64,000 nt of DNA, taken from the NCBI GenBank assembly GCA_965645245.1, contig OZ287071.1, positions 1,860,001 to 1,924,000 on the forward strand. The letters are read 5' to 3'. Source of the stretch: Massalongia carnosa (taxonomy: Eukaryota). Positions 48,163 to 62,300 of the stretch are shown here, piece by piece (position 1 is the stretch's first letter; the number at the start of each line of letters is the position of its first letter). The position numbers were made by a program, and so were the translations under genes. Below the pieces are notes generated by a model that saw nothing but the letters and a program-made list of their open reading frames with translations, was not told the origin of the DNA and did not search any database.

Positions 48163-51100
48163 TCAAGTCCTGCCAGTACTTGTTTTGCCTGTAGGTTCAA
48201 CCGTGGTTGAATTGTTATCCATGTGTAATTGTCTGACAAACGAGAAGAACTTAACATGAGTGAGAGGTTTTGTCAGTCCGTCTGCTATCATGTCTTCTGT
48301 TGAGACATAGGTGAGGTCGATTCGTCCCTCGAGGACCTCGTTCCGGATGAAGTGATGCTGAATGTCTATGTGCTTAGTCCTAGCGTGTAAGACAGGATTG
48401 TTGGCAAGGGCTATGGCGCTTTGATTGTCGTTTTTTAATGCGATGGTGCCTTCTCCTCTTAACACATTTACCGTTGGGGATTCGTTGTCTATAGTCATTA
48501 ATCCAAGTTCGGTCATCAGTAAACGTAGCCATGTGGCCTCCTTTGCTGCTAAGGTAAGTGCCATATACTCTGCTTCAGTTGATGATAATGCGACGGTTGT
48601 TTGTCTTTTGGAGCACCAGCTTATGGGTCCATTGTTTAACATGAAGACATAACCAGACGTTGACTTGCGTTCTTCCTTGTCTCCGGCCCAGTCGGAATCG
48701 GAATACCCTTGTATTGTCAGGTCTCCTCCGCCGAAGGTGATACCTCTGTCCTTGGTAGCGCTAAGATACCTGAGAATATGTTTGGCCGCTTCCATGTGTG
48801 TCCTGCTTGGATTTTTCGAATGTCGACTGACTGCAGATGTTGCAAAAGCAATGTCGGGTCTTGTTTCTATCATCGCGAACATGATGGATCCAACAATGGT
48901 TTGATATTGTCTAATGTCTTTGTCGGAGGCTTGGGATTCATTGGTGAAAAGACATTCTTCTCGCATGGGAGTATTGGCTGTTTTTGCATTTTGCATATGA
49001 AATCTTTCTAGCACTTTCTCAATATAGGTTGGTTGAGATAGCTTGATGATCCTTTTGACTCGATCTCGTTCGACCTTGAGACCTAAGTAGTAACTGATCG
49101 GTCCCATGTCTACCATTTTGAATGCTAGCTTGAGTTGTCTCTTGACTTCGGTGATCATTTGGGAGCCCTTTGGACCTATGATGTTCAGATCATCAACGAA
49201 AAAAGTAACGATGGGACCTTTTATGCCTTGAGGTGTGGCGAAGATGCTGTGGTCTGCGTGAAGCTTCTCGAGTCCTAATTTTTGCAGCAGAAAGGTAGAA
49301 AGTCGTTCATACCAGAGGCGAGGAGACTGTTTTAGACCATACAGGGCCTTGTTCAGTTTACATATCATGCCGGGTACGTCATAACCTTTTGGCATGTGAA
49401 CATAGATGAGTTGATCAATGAAGCCATTGAGGAAAGCTGTCACTATATCGAGTTGTTCGATATCCAAGTCATGATAAGCAGCTAATGCGAATATCAGACG
49501 AAAGGCCATCGGCTTGACCACAGAAGCGAAGGTTTGATCGAAGTCTACTCCGTATTGTTGTAGATATCCCTTGACGACCCATCTAGCTTTGAAGCGGGTG
49601 ATGTTTCCATTCACATCTTTCTTTAGCTTGTATACCCACTTACCGCTTAATGCTATGTGTCCAAGTTTCATGGTTTCGATAGGTACAGTGTCCCAGGTGT
49701 TGTTTTCCATGAGGCTCTTGTGCTCTTCGTTCATTGCCAGGCTCCATTCGTTTGAATAGCTGGAGTTCATTGCTTGATGATATGTCTGTGGCTCAGCTAT
49801 GTCTGATTGAACGAACGCATCAAGATCGTTTAGGTTTGCTGCTCCCTCTTTTTCCATTTCCTTGGCTAGAAGTATGAGTGGATCTTCTTCATCTTTGTCT
49901 ACCATTGTGAAGATATGCTCTGGTTCAGTCAGTGCTTCATTAGACAGAAGGGCCAGTACTTGTGCTACATGAGCATGTTTCCTGGGCCTACCTCTTCCTC
50001 GTTTTGAAGCTTCAGTGACTTCGGGATTTAACCGTGGTTGAGTTCTGGAAGAGTTGGAAATGGCTTTAGGCAGATTCTCATCTTCTTCAACAATCATCAC
50101 GGAATCGTATGTAGGCAGATCAGTCTCATTCTTGTCTATAGCATCTTCATGAATTCGTAGATCTTTGACTCGAATGACCTTGTAGTCTTTTTCCAGGAAG
50201 ACGCGATAGATAGTGTTTCCGTCATATCCACACAAGATTCCTTTCTGAGCTCTTGGGGCGAATTTTGCAGACTTGCTGTTCATTCCCTTTCGCTCTTGTT
50301 CATGAATCAATGCATAAACGGTGGATCCAAGTACTCTCAAGTGATCTAGCTTGGGTGGTTTGTTCTCAAAGACTTCATAGGGGGTTTTACCTCCCAAGGC
50401 GTTTGTTGGTCTAACGTTTTTGGTGTGAACCATGGCTAAAACGACTTCTGTTCACAGATAATCTGGAATTCCTCCACCAATAACTGTGCATCTTGTCATG
50501 TCCATGATGGTCCTACCCATTCGTTCTGCGACACCGTTTTCTTCTTGAGAATATGTGGCGGAAGGTTCATATATTATACCTTGTTGAAGGAACCAGTTAT
50601 CTGACTTGTGACTGCGTAGTTCTGTGCCGAAGTCAGTGCGAAAGATGCTTATTGGTTTCGCTTTCCCAGATTTGTTTTGAGCCATGTTGTTGTATGTCAA
50701 CAAGTGATCAAACCATTCACTTTTTTTGTGTCCCGTATAAACATGAGTGTATCTGCTGGCGTCACAGGTGAAGGTGAAGAAGTAGAGCTCTTCAAGGAGC
50801 CCTACTGGTTTGATTGGTCCTACCATGTCGGAGTTTATTTTCTGGAAGATCTCCGTGGCTTTCTCTTGTGGAGTTCGATTGTATATCTTGGTGGCTTTCC
50901 CCATCTCGCAAGCATGACAGAACCAACCCTGATTGATATCGTCAACAAACGTTATGTTCAGTGTTTTCAGGTACTTTCGGCATGTCGGTATGTTGAGATG
51001 ACCAAGACGTGCATGCCAAGTTGTGAGCTTGAATTTTATGAAAGTTTGATGAATAGCGACGTTTTCTTCTTGATAAGTGTTCTCGTCAATCTTGTTCAGA

Positions 51101-52482
51101 TGCATCCTCATATCTAGAGTGTCTATGGTTTGTAGCATGAAGTTGCTGTTAACTCTGGGTACATAACATATGATTTTCTTGGTAGGTTCAAGGAACAGTC
51201 TCCAGTTCGAGTTATCATAGAAAATAGAATGCTGATTGAGTAGTCCAAGGCTGACGAGGCTCACAGGGCATTGAGGAATGTAAAGTACATTGTTGAGGGT
51301 CAAAACTGAACAAGGTGATCCGTCCTCTGATGTCAAAGTTTTTTGAATAGTCCCTCTTCCTGGCGATGTGCCTGTGGACGTTGATCCTGCTAGTCCTGTA
51401 GGATAGTCTATGTAGTCAGTGAAAGAGGGTCTGTGATTGCATACATGCATATCTGCCGCGCTGTCCAATAGCCAAGAACTTCTACTGAGACTTGTCATAG
51501 TCATGACCTTCTGTAGTCTAACGGTCATGACCTTTGTGAGTCAACTGCTCACAGTTGGTAGGTCTGTTGATACGGTGGATGTCGGGACCGTTTCCGTTTT
51601 GGAATCAGAGGTCCTTGTTCCTCTTGTCTTCATAGACTCCAAGGGGTATGTTTGACGTCTCAGATTTGGGTATTTCTGAAAGCATTTCTCTAGTAAGTGG
51701 GAAGTCCGCCCTCTTCGGACACATTCTGGAAAGGTGCAAGTTCCTGGTGGTGCTTTTCCGTTGTTTCCGGCAACGCCAGTTCTGGAAGCATTGATGTGGA
51801 GTGCCTTCCTCTCTGGCCTGCTGATGGAGTAAGCGGTGATTGATCTGCATGCAGTCGTGAGGTTCGATCTGCCAGTAATCCAATCCCGACGAAGTTGAGC
51901 TATAAGGGGTAGATAGTCCTCGATGACGTTTCGTAACAAGTATCCTTGAAGGACTTGTTCTGCTCCCTTTGCGTTCAGTTCCGAGTCCTCATCTATCATG
52001 CCTTTTATGGAGTTCAATGCTTTTTCATACTCAGCGCAGTATTGAGTGACATTCTCATAATTCGTCATCTTCTTGGAGTTCATGTTGTAGAGAATGTCGG
52101 TGATGCTCATGGGTGCGATGTCCTGAAACTTGATCTTCAAGATTCTCCACATATCGCCAGCTGTGCGGGTTGATATCAGAGTGTGATGCTGTGGGGCGAC
52201 ACGCATTTGAATGATTCCTTCGGCCTTGAGCATGAGAAGGCTCTGCTTTTCAACGTCAGCTCCGACTTTAGTAAAGATTTGTTCATCCTTGAGATTCGCC
52301 TCGGTGAAGCCCATCTCCAAGTACTTGCGCTTGACTGTCTGATACGTGATAGCGGCAATGTTGTCTTGAATAGCAAAGATACAATTCTTTTGCTTCAGAA
52401 TGCCCTCGGTGTGCACAACCCATTGTGGATAATCTTCCGCTTTTTCTAACAACTGAATCACGTCTTGAGTAGAACTAGACAT
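48163..52482 (-). pseudogene. Copia Gag-PR-IN-RT-RNase H in one frame with two in-frame TGA codons (51541, 50452)
   Basis: WLLDSAA (PR), WHARLGH..CHAC, ENGVAER (IN), FVDD (RT), YSDSDWAG (RNase H). All three ORF pieces are in frame; 50452 replaces the conserved LW. Confidence 0.9.
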
Positions 52483-52673
52483 CTTGTGAATGAAGAGTAG
52501 AAAGCTTGTGAATGAAGAACTTGATTTTTATATCTTAGAGTTCTATAATACAATGTGTGAGGGATAAAGTAGGAGGATGATGTGTTGACTTCTCCTTATG
52601 AGAAAAACAAGCAGCATTCCTTTTACTTATCATCATGCACCTCATTGTCCTAGCAATATTTGCTCCAAGCCCA

Positions 52674-52924
52674 TATCCTAGTGAAAATTTGTCTAACACT
52701 TGGTGGCTTGATTGTAGTCTGATGAACTTTGATCTATCATCGGCTTGTATCCTAGTGAACTTTTACCTATCACTTGGTGGCTTGATTGTAACCTGATGAA
52801 CTTTGATCTATCATCGGCTTCTATCCTAGTGAAATTTTATCTATCACTTGGTGGCTTGATTGTAACCTGATGAACTTTGACCTATCATCGGCTTGTATCC
52901 TAGTGAACTTTTATCTATCACTTG
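52674..52924. repeat. 74-bp tandem repeat, ~3.4 copies, in the Copia 5' leader
   Basis: tatcctagtgaa units start at 52674, 52748, 52822, 52896. Confidence 0.9.
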
Positions 52925-55900
52925 ACGACAAGGAAAAACAGAGTCTGAACAGGGATATACCGTTTTCATTTAACAGGCACAGGGCCTGTTAAATGAAACA
53001 GGGTTCTTCCACTTTCACTACTCCCATGTTTTCCCTTCTGTGGCGTTCAAGAAATCTCTTTTGGCAAGGAAGGACTACTTTTCCAAGATGGGTCTGTATC
53101 TCTTCCTGCTCCCTGAACCTAGTTGACATAGTGGTATCCTTTGGTCTTTAGAGGTTCATCGTTCCTTCTAATCTCCAGGCATACACGCTATTCAAAGGTT
53201 TGTTGAGATTACCTTGGGCCTTTGGGCTAACGGCCTGTCTGGTGTCCAAGGTCTTTGTAGGTATTGTGCATTTGAATTTCGTGTAATGATGCGTGTACGT
53301 AGTTCACGATAGATAATCGTGGTGAGGTAAATTCTAAGTACGCAAAGAAATTTTTTAGTATTGCATCTAAGGGGGTTTTTTTTTTGTAAACGATGATGCT
53401 TAGCTATTATGCACTGTAGTGCTGCGGATGAGCAATTCGATTCGTGACTGAATCGATAGCGCCCTTACGGGCTCATAACCTGTTGAAATAGGTATATGAC
53501 TATGGCTATATGGCTATGATAAAAATGGTATGTATGACCGTGATGTTAAGGATGAAGAGTGCTGTTCAGCAGTCTTTGTCCCATAACTGGTCACCCTCTG
53601 CTAAGCGAGGTGATAAGATTATCTGAGCTGATCTTATCTAATCTCTAGGCTAAGCCTAATACGGCATCTACGGTTTCTGTAGGTGCTCTGTCCATCTTGG
53701 GCAGTCGTAGGTGCTATGTTCATTGAACTGGTAGGTGTTCACTGTACTGGTAGGAGTTGAATATTCAACAAACGCCGATAAATCGCGAATGTTACTCTAT
53801 ACCGATGGATCAAAAACCGAGTTTTCAACTTCCGCTGTCACATTTGCACCAATTATGTGAAATTGGAACAATTTCACCGATAACTTCAATCGTTTTATCG
53901 AAAAAGATTGTCTCCTCAAACATCATACGATTTCGAAAAGCTGGAAATTAAACAAACAGTCAAGCGTTAAAAACGCTGAACTCTATGCGATACTACAAGC
54001 AATAAAATGGGCATACAAATTGACAATTGCGAATATTCTCTTCAATTTGGAAAAAACGATTTGGATTTTTTCCGATAGCATAAACGCGATAAACGAAATT
54101 CAGAACTTGACAAATCATACTTACGCAAAACAAATTCGAAAATTCTCGAAATGCTTATTCGGAAACAATTATCAGGTGGTTCTACAATGGATTCCTAGTC
54201 ATTCGAAAATCGTCGAAAATGAAATTGCAGATAAAGCAGCAAAAGCGGGACATAGTCGAATCCTAGTCGAGTCTTCGATAATAACATTTGATTATGTAAA
54301 GGGTCAAATAAATCGAAATATGTTAGCCACATGGGAGAATCAATGGCAACAATGCAAGTCAAAAGGCAAATACTATGAGAAATTCGAAATGCAGCCGGGC
54401 AAATCGAGTTTTTATTATCTGTCGAATAATTGTTCGAAATTAATATTTGCGACTATTATGCAAATAAAATTCGGACACGGTTATTTTCGATCATATCTGC
54501 ACCGATTGAAAGATTATAATTCGTCAAAATGCACAGGGCGCTGCAACGAACGTCAAACGCCAGAACACTTATTGATGAATTGCATACATTATTCAAATGA
54601 AATCCTAAACATGAAACAAAATATGGATACCACAATTACTTTAAAAATGTTGTTTAATACTAGGATCGGAAATAATATTTTAATTAAATTTATTGTTGAT
54701 AACAAAATCGCGACTAGAAAATGGATGCTAGGTTAGCTGGATGACGAAAATATCGAAACGAGAGGTTGGGGAGAGATCGAACAGTAAAATTAGAAATGAT
54801 TTATGCTGGAATATTTACGAGCTTTACAAAAACAAATTGTAAAATCGATATTTGGATTACTAAAGGTTATTACTAACACGGAGTAAAAACGGGGCAATAT
54901 TGACGATAGATAGTTGGGTTCTAAAGGGTTGATTTATTTGTAAAATAAAACCATATCTTAAAATAGTTTAGTGTCATAACCTTAGGTTGAATACACTTAA
55001 TGAATAAATAAAAAAAAAAAATAAAAATAAAAAAAGTCACTTGTTTCCGAAAATACGAATGAAATTTAATGCACATTCTCCCAGTTTTATTGACGATATT
55101 GCAATATATGTCGAAAATAAAACTGCAAAACAAAATTGCAAAGAAATCGAAATCATAGTCAAAACAGCTTTTGATTGGGCCGCATCGAATAATGTCTTTG
55201 ATGACGATAAATCCGAGCTGATTAACTTCGAAAAGACAAGAAATGTATCGAAAGACACATTGGAATTACCAAACGGGACAGTACTAGAACCGAAAAATGT
55301 AGTCAAATGGTTGGGCGTCTGGTTAGACCGGAAACTGAATTTCAAAAAACACGTCGAAACGCGAATCTCTTCTGCGAATCGATCGTTTTTTGCAATTCAG
55401 AATTTGATGAAATTCGAATGGGGTCTGAAACCGACCGCATGCAGACAGCTCTATTTGTCATGCATTATTCCTATTTCGGACTATGGCTCAGAAATTTGGT
55501 ATAATGGTCAAAAGAAATATGAAAAACTATTTCAGAACCTACAAAATCGAATGATTCGAAAGATTTTAGGAACTTTCAAAACCACACCTATTCAGGCGAT
55601 GGAAATTGAATCACATGTTTTACCAGTTAAACTTCGATTATTAATGAAAAATCAAAAATACGCAATTCGATTATTGAAGATTGCCGAAAATAACCCTATT
55701 CGTCAAAGAATTCCAAATACATATTCGATAAAATTCGAAAACATCGGTTTTGACACTAGTTTATGGAACAACAAATATGCAGAATGGAACGAAGACGAAA
55801 AACAAACAAATAAACGACATCCTAGTCAGCTCATTCGCGTTCTTCATTCCGTTTCCGACATAGTTCACAAAACTGATGAGTTTGAACAATCAAATCATTT

Positions 55901-57256
55901 TATTAAACCTTGGAAATCGCCGTGCAAAATCGAATTTCAAATCGAAAATACAAAGGAATCTGCTAAATCAAGTTATTATTCGACCTTATCCAAAATTCAA
56001 TCAATGAACTCCGATAAATCCCGAGTTTTACTTTATACGGATGGATCAAAAATCGAATTTGTAACGTCTGCAGTTACATTTGCGCCAATTATGAGGAATT
56101 GGAGTAGTATTATCAATAATTTTGATCGATTTATCGAAAAAGATTGTCTGATCAAGTATCATACGATTTCGAAAAGCTGGAAATTAAGCAAACAGTCAAG
56201 CATTAAAAATGCTGAACTGCATGCAACTTTACAAGCAATGAAATGGGTCTATAAATTGTCTAATACTAATATTTTATTGAACTTGGAAAAAACGATTTGG
56301 ATTTTTTCTGATAGTATAAACGCGATAAACGAAATTCATAACTCGACAAATCATATTTTCGCAAGACAAATTCGAAAGCTCGCAAAACGCTTATTTGAAA
56401 GCAATTATCAGGTGATTTTGCAATGGGTTCCGAGTCATTCAAATATTACCGAAAACGAAATTGCAGACAAAATAGCAAAGACGGGCCATAATCAAATCCT
56501 AGTCGAGTCCTCGGCTATAACATTTGATTATGTAAAAGATCAAATAAATCAAAATATGCTAACCACATGGACGAATCAATGACAACAATGCAAATCAAAA
56601 GGCAAATACTACGAGAAATTGGAAATGAAACCTGGCATATCGAGATTTTATTATTTATCAAACAACTGTTCCAAATTGATATTTGCTACTATTATGCAAT
56701 TAAAATTCGGACACGGCTATTTTCGATCATATTTACATCGATTGAAAGATTATAATTCGTCAAAATGCTCAAATCGATGCAATCAACGACAAACGCCAGA
56801 ACACTTGTTATTGAATTGCATTCACTATTTCGATGAAATTCAAAACATGAAACAAACCATCGATACTACGATCAACTTGAATATGTTGTTTAATAATAAA
56901 ATCGGAAATGACATTTTGATTAAATTCATTGTCAATAACAAAATCGCGACTAGAAAATGGATACTAGGTCAGCTTGATGACGATATTTTCGAAACTGGAG
57001 GTTGGGGAGAGATCGAACAGTAAAATCAGAAACGATTTATGCTGAAACAGTTACGAACTTACAAAGATAAATTGTAAAATCGATATTTTTCGATTACTAT
57101 AGGTTGTTACTAACACGGAGTAAAAATGGGGAAAAATTGACGATACATAGATGGGTTATAAAGGGTTTATTTATTTGTAATATAGAAACATATCCTAAAA
57201 TAGTTTAGTGTCATAACCTTAGGTTGAATACACTTAATGAATAAATAAAAAAAAAA

Positions 57257-57856
57257 TAATTGTCAAAAATTTGAACACAAGCATTATCAATGCAAAAGTC
57301 AAGCGAAATGCAGCATATGTGCGCAAAGCCATGAAACACGCAATCATGAATGCACAATATGCAAGTAAAAAATTGCTTGTGCACATGTCGTCGTCAAATG
57401 CGCGAATTGCAACAAGAATCATCAATCCAATGATGAAAACTGTGAAATGGTTATATCGTTAAATGTTCGAAAATCGACTGACGAATTAGCCGATTTGTAA
57501 TGGCAGGACAGCATTCGTTGAAAAACATCGAAAATACACAAAATGTTAAATTTATTCAACATAATTGTGCAAAGTCAACGAATGCAATGATATCGTGTTT
57601 GGAATATGCTTTATTAAATCAAATTGATATTGTTTTGTTTCAGGAACCATGGTCACGAGATCAAAAAACAATATCACATCCTTCATTTACATGTATTATG
57701 CCAAAAATAGCGACTTATCGCTCGAGAGATGCTATATTTGTCACAAATGGCAATTCCAAACTGCAATGCACGCCTAGAACGGATCTTATTGACGATTCCG
57801 ATATGCAAATTATTGAAATTACAATTGATGAAGTTCGAAAAGTGCAGATTTTCAAT
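57257..57856 (+). mobile_element. LINE fragment 'D' (end of ORF1 + start of ORF2) abutting LINE B's tail
   Basis: Near-identical to LINE A ~33500-34098; ORF2 ATG at 57500; cut off by the tail of copy E. Confidence 0.9.
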
Positions 57857-59387
57857 TTTTATTTTTTTTATTTATTCATTAAGTGTATTCAACCTAAGGT
57901 TATGACACTAAACTATTTTAGGATATGTTTCTATATTACAAATAAATCAACCCTTTATAACCCATCTATGTATTGTCAATTTTTCTCCATTTTTACTCCG
58001 TGTTAGTAACAACCTATAGTAATCGAAGAATATCGATCTTAAAATTTGTCTTTGTAAGTTCGTGAATGTTTCAGCATAAATCGTTTCTGATTTTACGGTT
58101 CAATCTCTCCCCAACCTCCAGTTTCGAAAATCTCGTCATCAAGCTGACCTAGTATCCATTTTCTTGTCGCGATTTTGTTATTGACAATGAATTTAATCAA
58201 AATGTCATTTCCGATTTTTGTATTAAAGAACATATTCAAGTTGATGGTAGTATCGATATTTTGTTTCATGTTTTGAATTTCATCGAAATAGTGAATGCAA
58301 TTCAATAACAAGTGTTCTGGCGTTTGTCGTTGATTGCATCGATTTGTGCATTTTGACGAATTATAATCTTTCAATCGCTTTAAATATGATCGAAAATAGC
58401 CGTGTCCGAATTTTAATTGCATAATAGTAGCAAATATCAATTTGCAGTTGTTTGATAAATAATAAAATCTCGATATGCCAGGTTTCATTTCGAATTTCTC
58501 GTAGTATTTGCCTTTTGATTTGCATTGTTGCCATTGATTCGTCCATGTTGTTAGCATATTTTGATTTTTTTGATCTTTTAAATAATCAAATGTTATCGCC
58601 GAGGACTCGACTAGGATTTGATTATGGCCCGTCTTTGCTATTTTGTCTGTAATTTCGTTTTCGGTAATATTTGAATGACTCGGAACTAATTGCAAAATCA
58701 CCTGATAATTGCTTTCAAATAAGAGTTTTGCGAGCTTTCGAATTTGTCTGGCGAAAATATGATTTGTCAAGTTCTGAATTTCGTTTATCGCGTTTATACT
58801 ATCAGAAAAAATCCAAATCGTTTTTTCTAAGTTCGATAAAATATTAGTATTCGACAATTTATAGACCCATTTCATTGCTTTTAAATCGCATGCAGTTCAG
58901 CATTTTTAATGCTTGACTGTTTGCTTAATTTCCAGCTTTTCGAAATCGTATGATACTTGATCAGACAATCTTTTTCGATAAAACGATTAAAATTATTGAT
59001 AATATTACTCCAATTCCTTATAATTTGCGCAAATGTGACTGCAGACGTTGCAAATTCGATTTTCGATCCATCTGTATAAAGTAAAACTTGTGATTTATCG
59101 GAGTTCATTGATTTAATTTTGGATAACGTCGAATAATAACTTGATTTAGCAGATTCCTTTGTATTTTCGATTTGAAATTTGATTTTTCAAGGCGATTTCC
59201 AAGGTTTAATAAAATGATTTGATTGTTTAAATTCATCAGTTTTGTGAACTATGTCGGAAACGGAATCAAGAACGCGAATAAGCTGACTAGGATGTCGTTT
59301 ATTTGTTTGTTTTTCGTCTTCGTTCTATTCGGCATATTTGTTGTTATAAACTTGTGTCAAAACCGATATTTTCGAATTTTATCGAAT
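57857..59387 (-). mobile_element. LINE copy 'E' 3' part (RNase H + 3' UTR), interrupted by copy F
   Basis: T-rich tail at 57857; ORF pieces 58093-58875 and 58881-59108 with small deletions. Confidence 0.9.
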
Positions 59388-62300
59388 TTTTATTTTTATT
59401 TATTCATTAAGTGTATTCAACCTAAGGTTATGACACTAAACTATTTTAGGATATGTTTCTATATTACAAATAAATCAACCCTTTATAACCCATCTATGTA
59501 TTGTCAATTTTTCCCCATTTTTACTCCGTGTTAGTAACAACCTATAGTAATCGAAGAATATCGATTTTAAAATTTGTCTTTGTAAGTTCGTGAATGTTTC
59601 AGCATAAATCGTTTCTGATTTTACTGTTCGATCTCTCCCCAACCTCCAGTTTCGAAAATCTCGACATCAAGCTGACCTAGTATCCATTTTCTAGTCGCGA
59701 TTTTGTTATTGACAATGAATTTAATCAAAATGTCATTTCCGATTTTTGTATTAAACAACATATTCAAGTTGATCGTAGTATCGATGGTTTGTTTCATGTT
59801 TTGAATTTCATCGAAATAGTGAATGCAATTCAATAACAAGTGTTCTGGCGTTTGTCGTTGATTGCATCGATTTGAGCATTTTGACGAATTATAATCTTTC
59901 AATCGATGTAAATATGATCGAAAATAGCCGTGTCCGAATTTTAATTGCATAATAGTAGCAAATATCAATTTGGAACAGTTGTTTGATAAATAATAAAATC
60001 TCGATATGCCAGGTTTCATTTCGAATTTCTCGTAGTATTTGCCTTTTGATTTGCATTGTTGCCATTGATTCGTCCATGTGGTTAGCATATTTTGATTTAT
60101 TTGATCTTTTACATAATCAAATGTTATAGCCGAGGACTCGACTAGGATTTTATTATGGCCCGTCTTTGCTATTTTGTCTGCAATTTCGTTTTCGGTAATA
60201 TTCGAATGACTCGGAACCCATTGCAAAATCACCTGATAATTGCTTTCAAATAAGCGTTTTGCGAGCTTTCGAATTTGTCTTGCGAAAATATGATTTTTCA
60301 AGTTCTGAATTTCGTTTATCGCGTTTATACTATCAGAAAAAATCCAAATCGTTTTTTCCAAGTTCGATAAAATATTAGTATTAGACAATTTATAGACCCA
60401 TTTCATTGCTTGTAAAATTGCATGCAGTTCAGCATTTTTAATGCTTGACTGTTTGCTTAATTTCCAGCTTTTCGAAATCGTATGATACTTGATCAGACAA
60501 TCTTTTTCGATAAATCGATCAAAATTATTGATAATACTACTCCAATTCCTCATAATTGGCGCAAATGTGACTGCAGACGTTGCAAATTCGATTTTCGATC
60601 AATCTGTATAAAGTAAAACTCGGGATTTATCGGAGTTCATTGATTTAATTTTGGATAAGGTCGAATAATAACTTGATTTAGCAGATTCCTTTGTATTTTC
60701 GATTTGAAATTTGATTTTGCAAGGCGATTTCCAAGGTTTAATAAAATGATTTGATTGTTCAAATTTATCAGTTTTGTGAACTATATCGGAAACGGAATGA
60801 AGAACGCGAATAAGCTGACTAGGATGTCGTTTATTTGTTTGTTTTTCGTCTTCGTTCCATTCGGCATATTTGTTGTTCCATAAACTTGTGTCAAAACCGA
60901 TATTTTCGAATTTTATCGAATATGTGTTTGGAATTCTTTGATAAATAGGGTTATTTTCGGCAATCTTCAATAATCGAATTGCGTATTTTTGATTTTTCAT
61001 TAATAATCGAAGTTTAACTGGTAAAACATGTGATTCAATTTCCATCGCCTGAATAGGTGTGGTTTTGAAAGTTCCTTAAATCTTTCGAATCATTTGATTT
61101 TGTAGGTTCTGAAATAGTTTTTCATATTTCTTTTGACCATTATACCAAATTTCTGAGCCGTAGTCCGAAATAGGAATAATGCATGACATATAGAGCTGTC
61201 TGCATGCGGTCGGTTTCAGACCCCATTCGGATTTCATCAAATTCTGAATTGCAAAAAACGATCGATTCGCAGAAGAGATCCGCGTTTCGACGTGTTTTTT
61301 GAAATTTAGTTTTCGGTCTAACCAGACGCCCAACCATTTGACTACATTTTTCGGTTCTAGTACTGTCCCGTTTGGTAATTCCAATGTGTCTTTCGATACA
61401 TTTCTTGTCTTTTCGAAGTGAATCAGCTCGGATTTATCGTCATCAAATTTGACATTATTCGATGCGGCCCAATCAAAGGCCGTTTTGACTATGATTTCGA
61501 TTTCTTTGCAATTCTGTTTTGCAGTTTTATTTTCGACATATATTGCAACATCGTCAATAAAACTGGGAGAATGTGCATTGAATTTCATTCGTATTTTCGG
61601 AAACAAGTGACGAATGTAAATCAGAAATAGAATAGGCGAGATTGGTGAGCCTTGTGGAATTCCTGATTCGACATAATATGTTTTGCTTAAATTTTCATCA
61701 AATATCAAATTGATCGATCGCTTTGTCATGAAATGCTTGACCCATTGAATTATTATGCGAGATAATTTCAGCTTTTTCATAACATTTAGCAGTTGATTAA
61801 TCGAGACAAAGTCAAATGCGCCTTTGACATCGAGTAATAAACATGATAAGACGTTTTTATTTCTATTTGCAATTTCAATATCATGAACAACGTTCATTAC
61901 TGCGTCAATTGCAGAATGATTTTTGCGTCCGCCCATCTGTTCGATATCGAGTAAATTCGAATTTTCGCCGAAGTAGGCTAGTCGATTTGCAACGATTTTC
62001 TCAGCAATTTTACCAAGACAATTTAATAATGTGATAATTCGATATGATTTTGGAAACGAATAGTCCGATTTATTAGGTTTTTTCAGAACTGCACCGAGTC
62101 CTGTCCGCCAGCATAACGGGTGATAACCGATTCGAATGAATTTCGAATAAATCATGAAAAACACGTTTTTCAACGATTGAAACGATTTTTGAACAATTGT
62201 AAAATTGATTGCATCAGGTCCACATGCTTTCTTCGGATTAAATAAACTAATCGCATTTTTCAACTCGTTTTCGGTCAAATCTGGCCAATTATCATCATTT

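Larger units (their letters stand above)
47866..53770 (-). mobile_element. Ty1/Copia LTR retrotransposon, recent insertion
   Basis: 290-bp TG..CA LTRs (47866-48155, 53481-53770; no difference seen); TSD AACGC; G7 polypurine tract; PBS GGTTATGAGCCC (53469-80). Confidence 0.97.
43534..55035 (+). mobile_element. 5'-truncated divergent LINE 'C' inserted into LINE B RT and itself carrying the Copia
   Basis: 13-bp TSD GTCACTTGTTTCC (43521-33, 55036-48); ORF1 43537-44865; ORF2 44865-54787 with a frameshift and stops, interrupted at 47865/53771. Confidence 0.92.
30643..57256 (+). mobile_element. Tad1-clade LINE 'B', outer host of the nest (pieces ~30643-31170, 38004-40910, 41574-43533, 55049-57256)
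   Basis: Removing three TSD-bounded inserts gives long leader + ORF1 (39361-40835, frameshift ~39545) + continuous ORF2 (40835..57023, stop at 56580) + A-rich tail. The 5' boundary and assignment of 30643-31170 are inferred from LINE A's TSD. Confidence 0.78.

Noticed and set aside
52674..52924. CRISPR-like array (also considered for 30643-30764)
   Set aside because: Head-to-tail tandem units without unique spacers, in a eukaryotic context.
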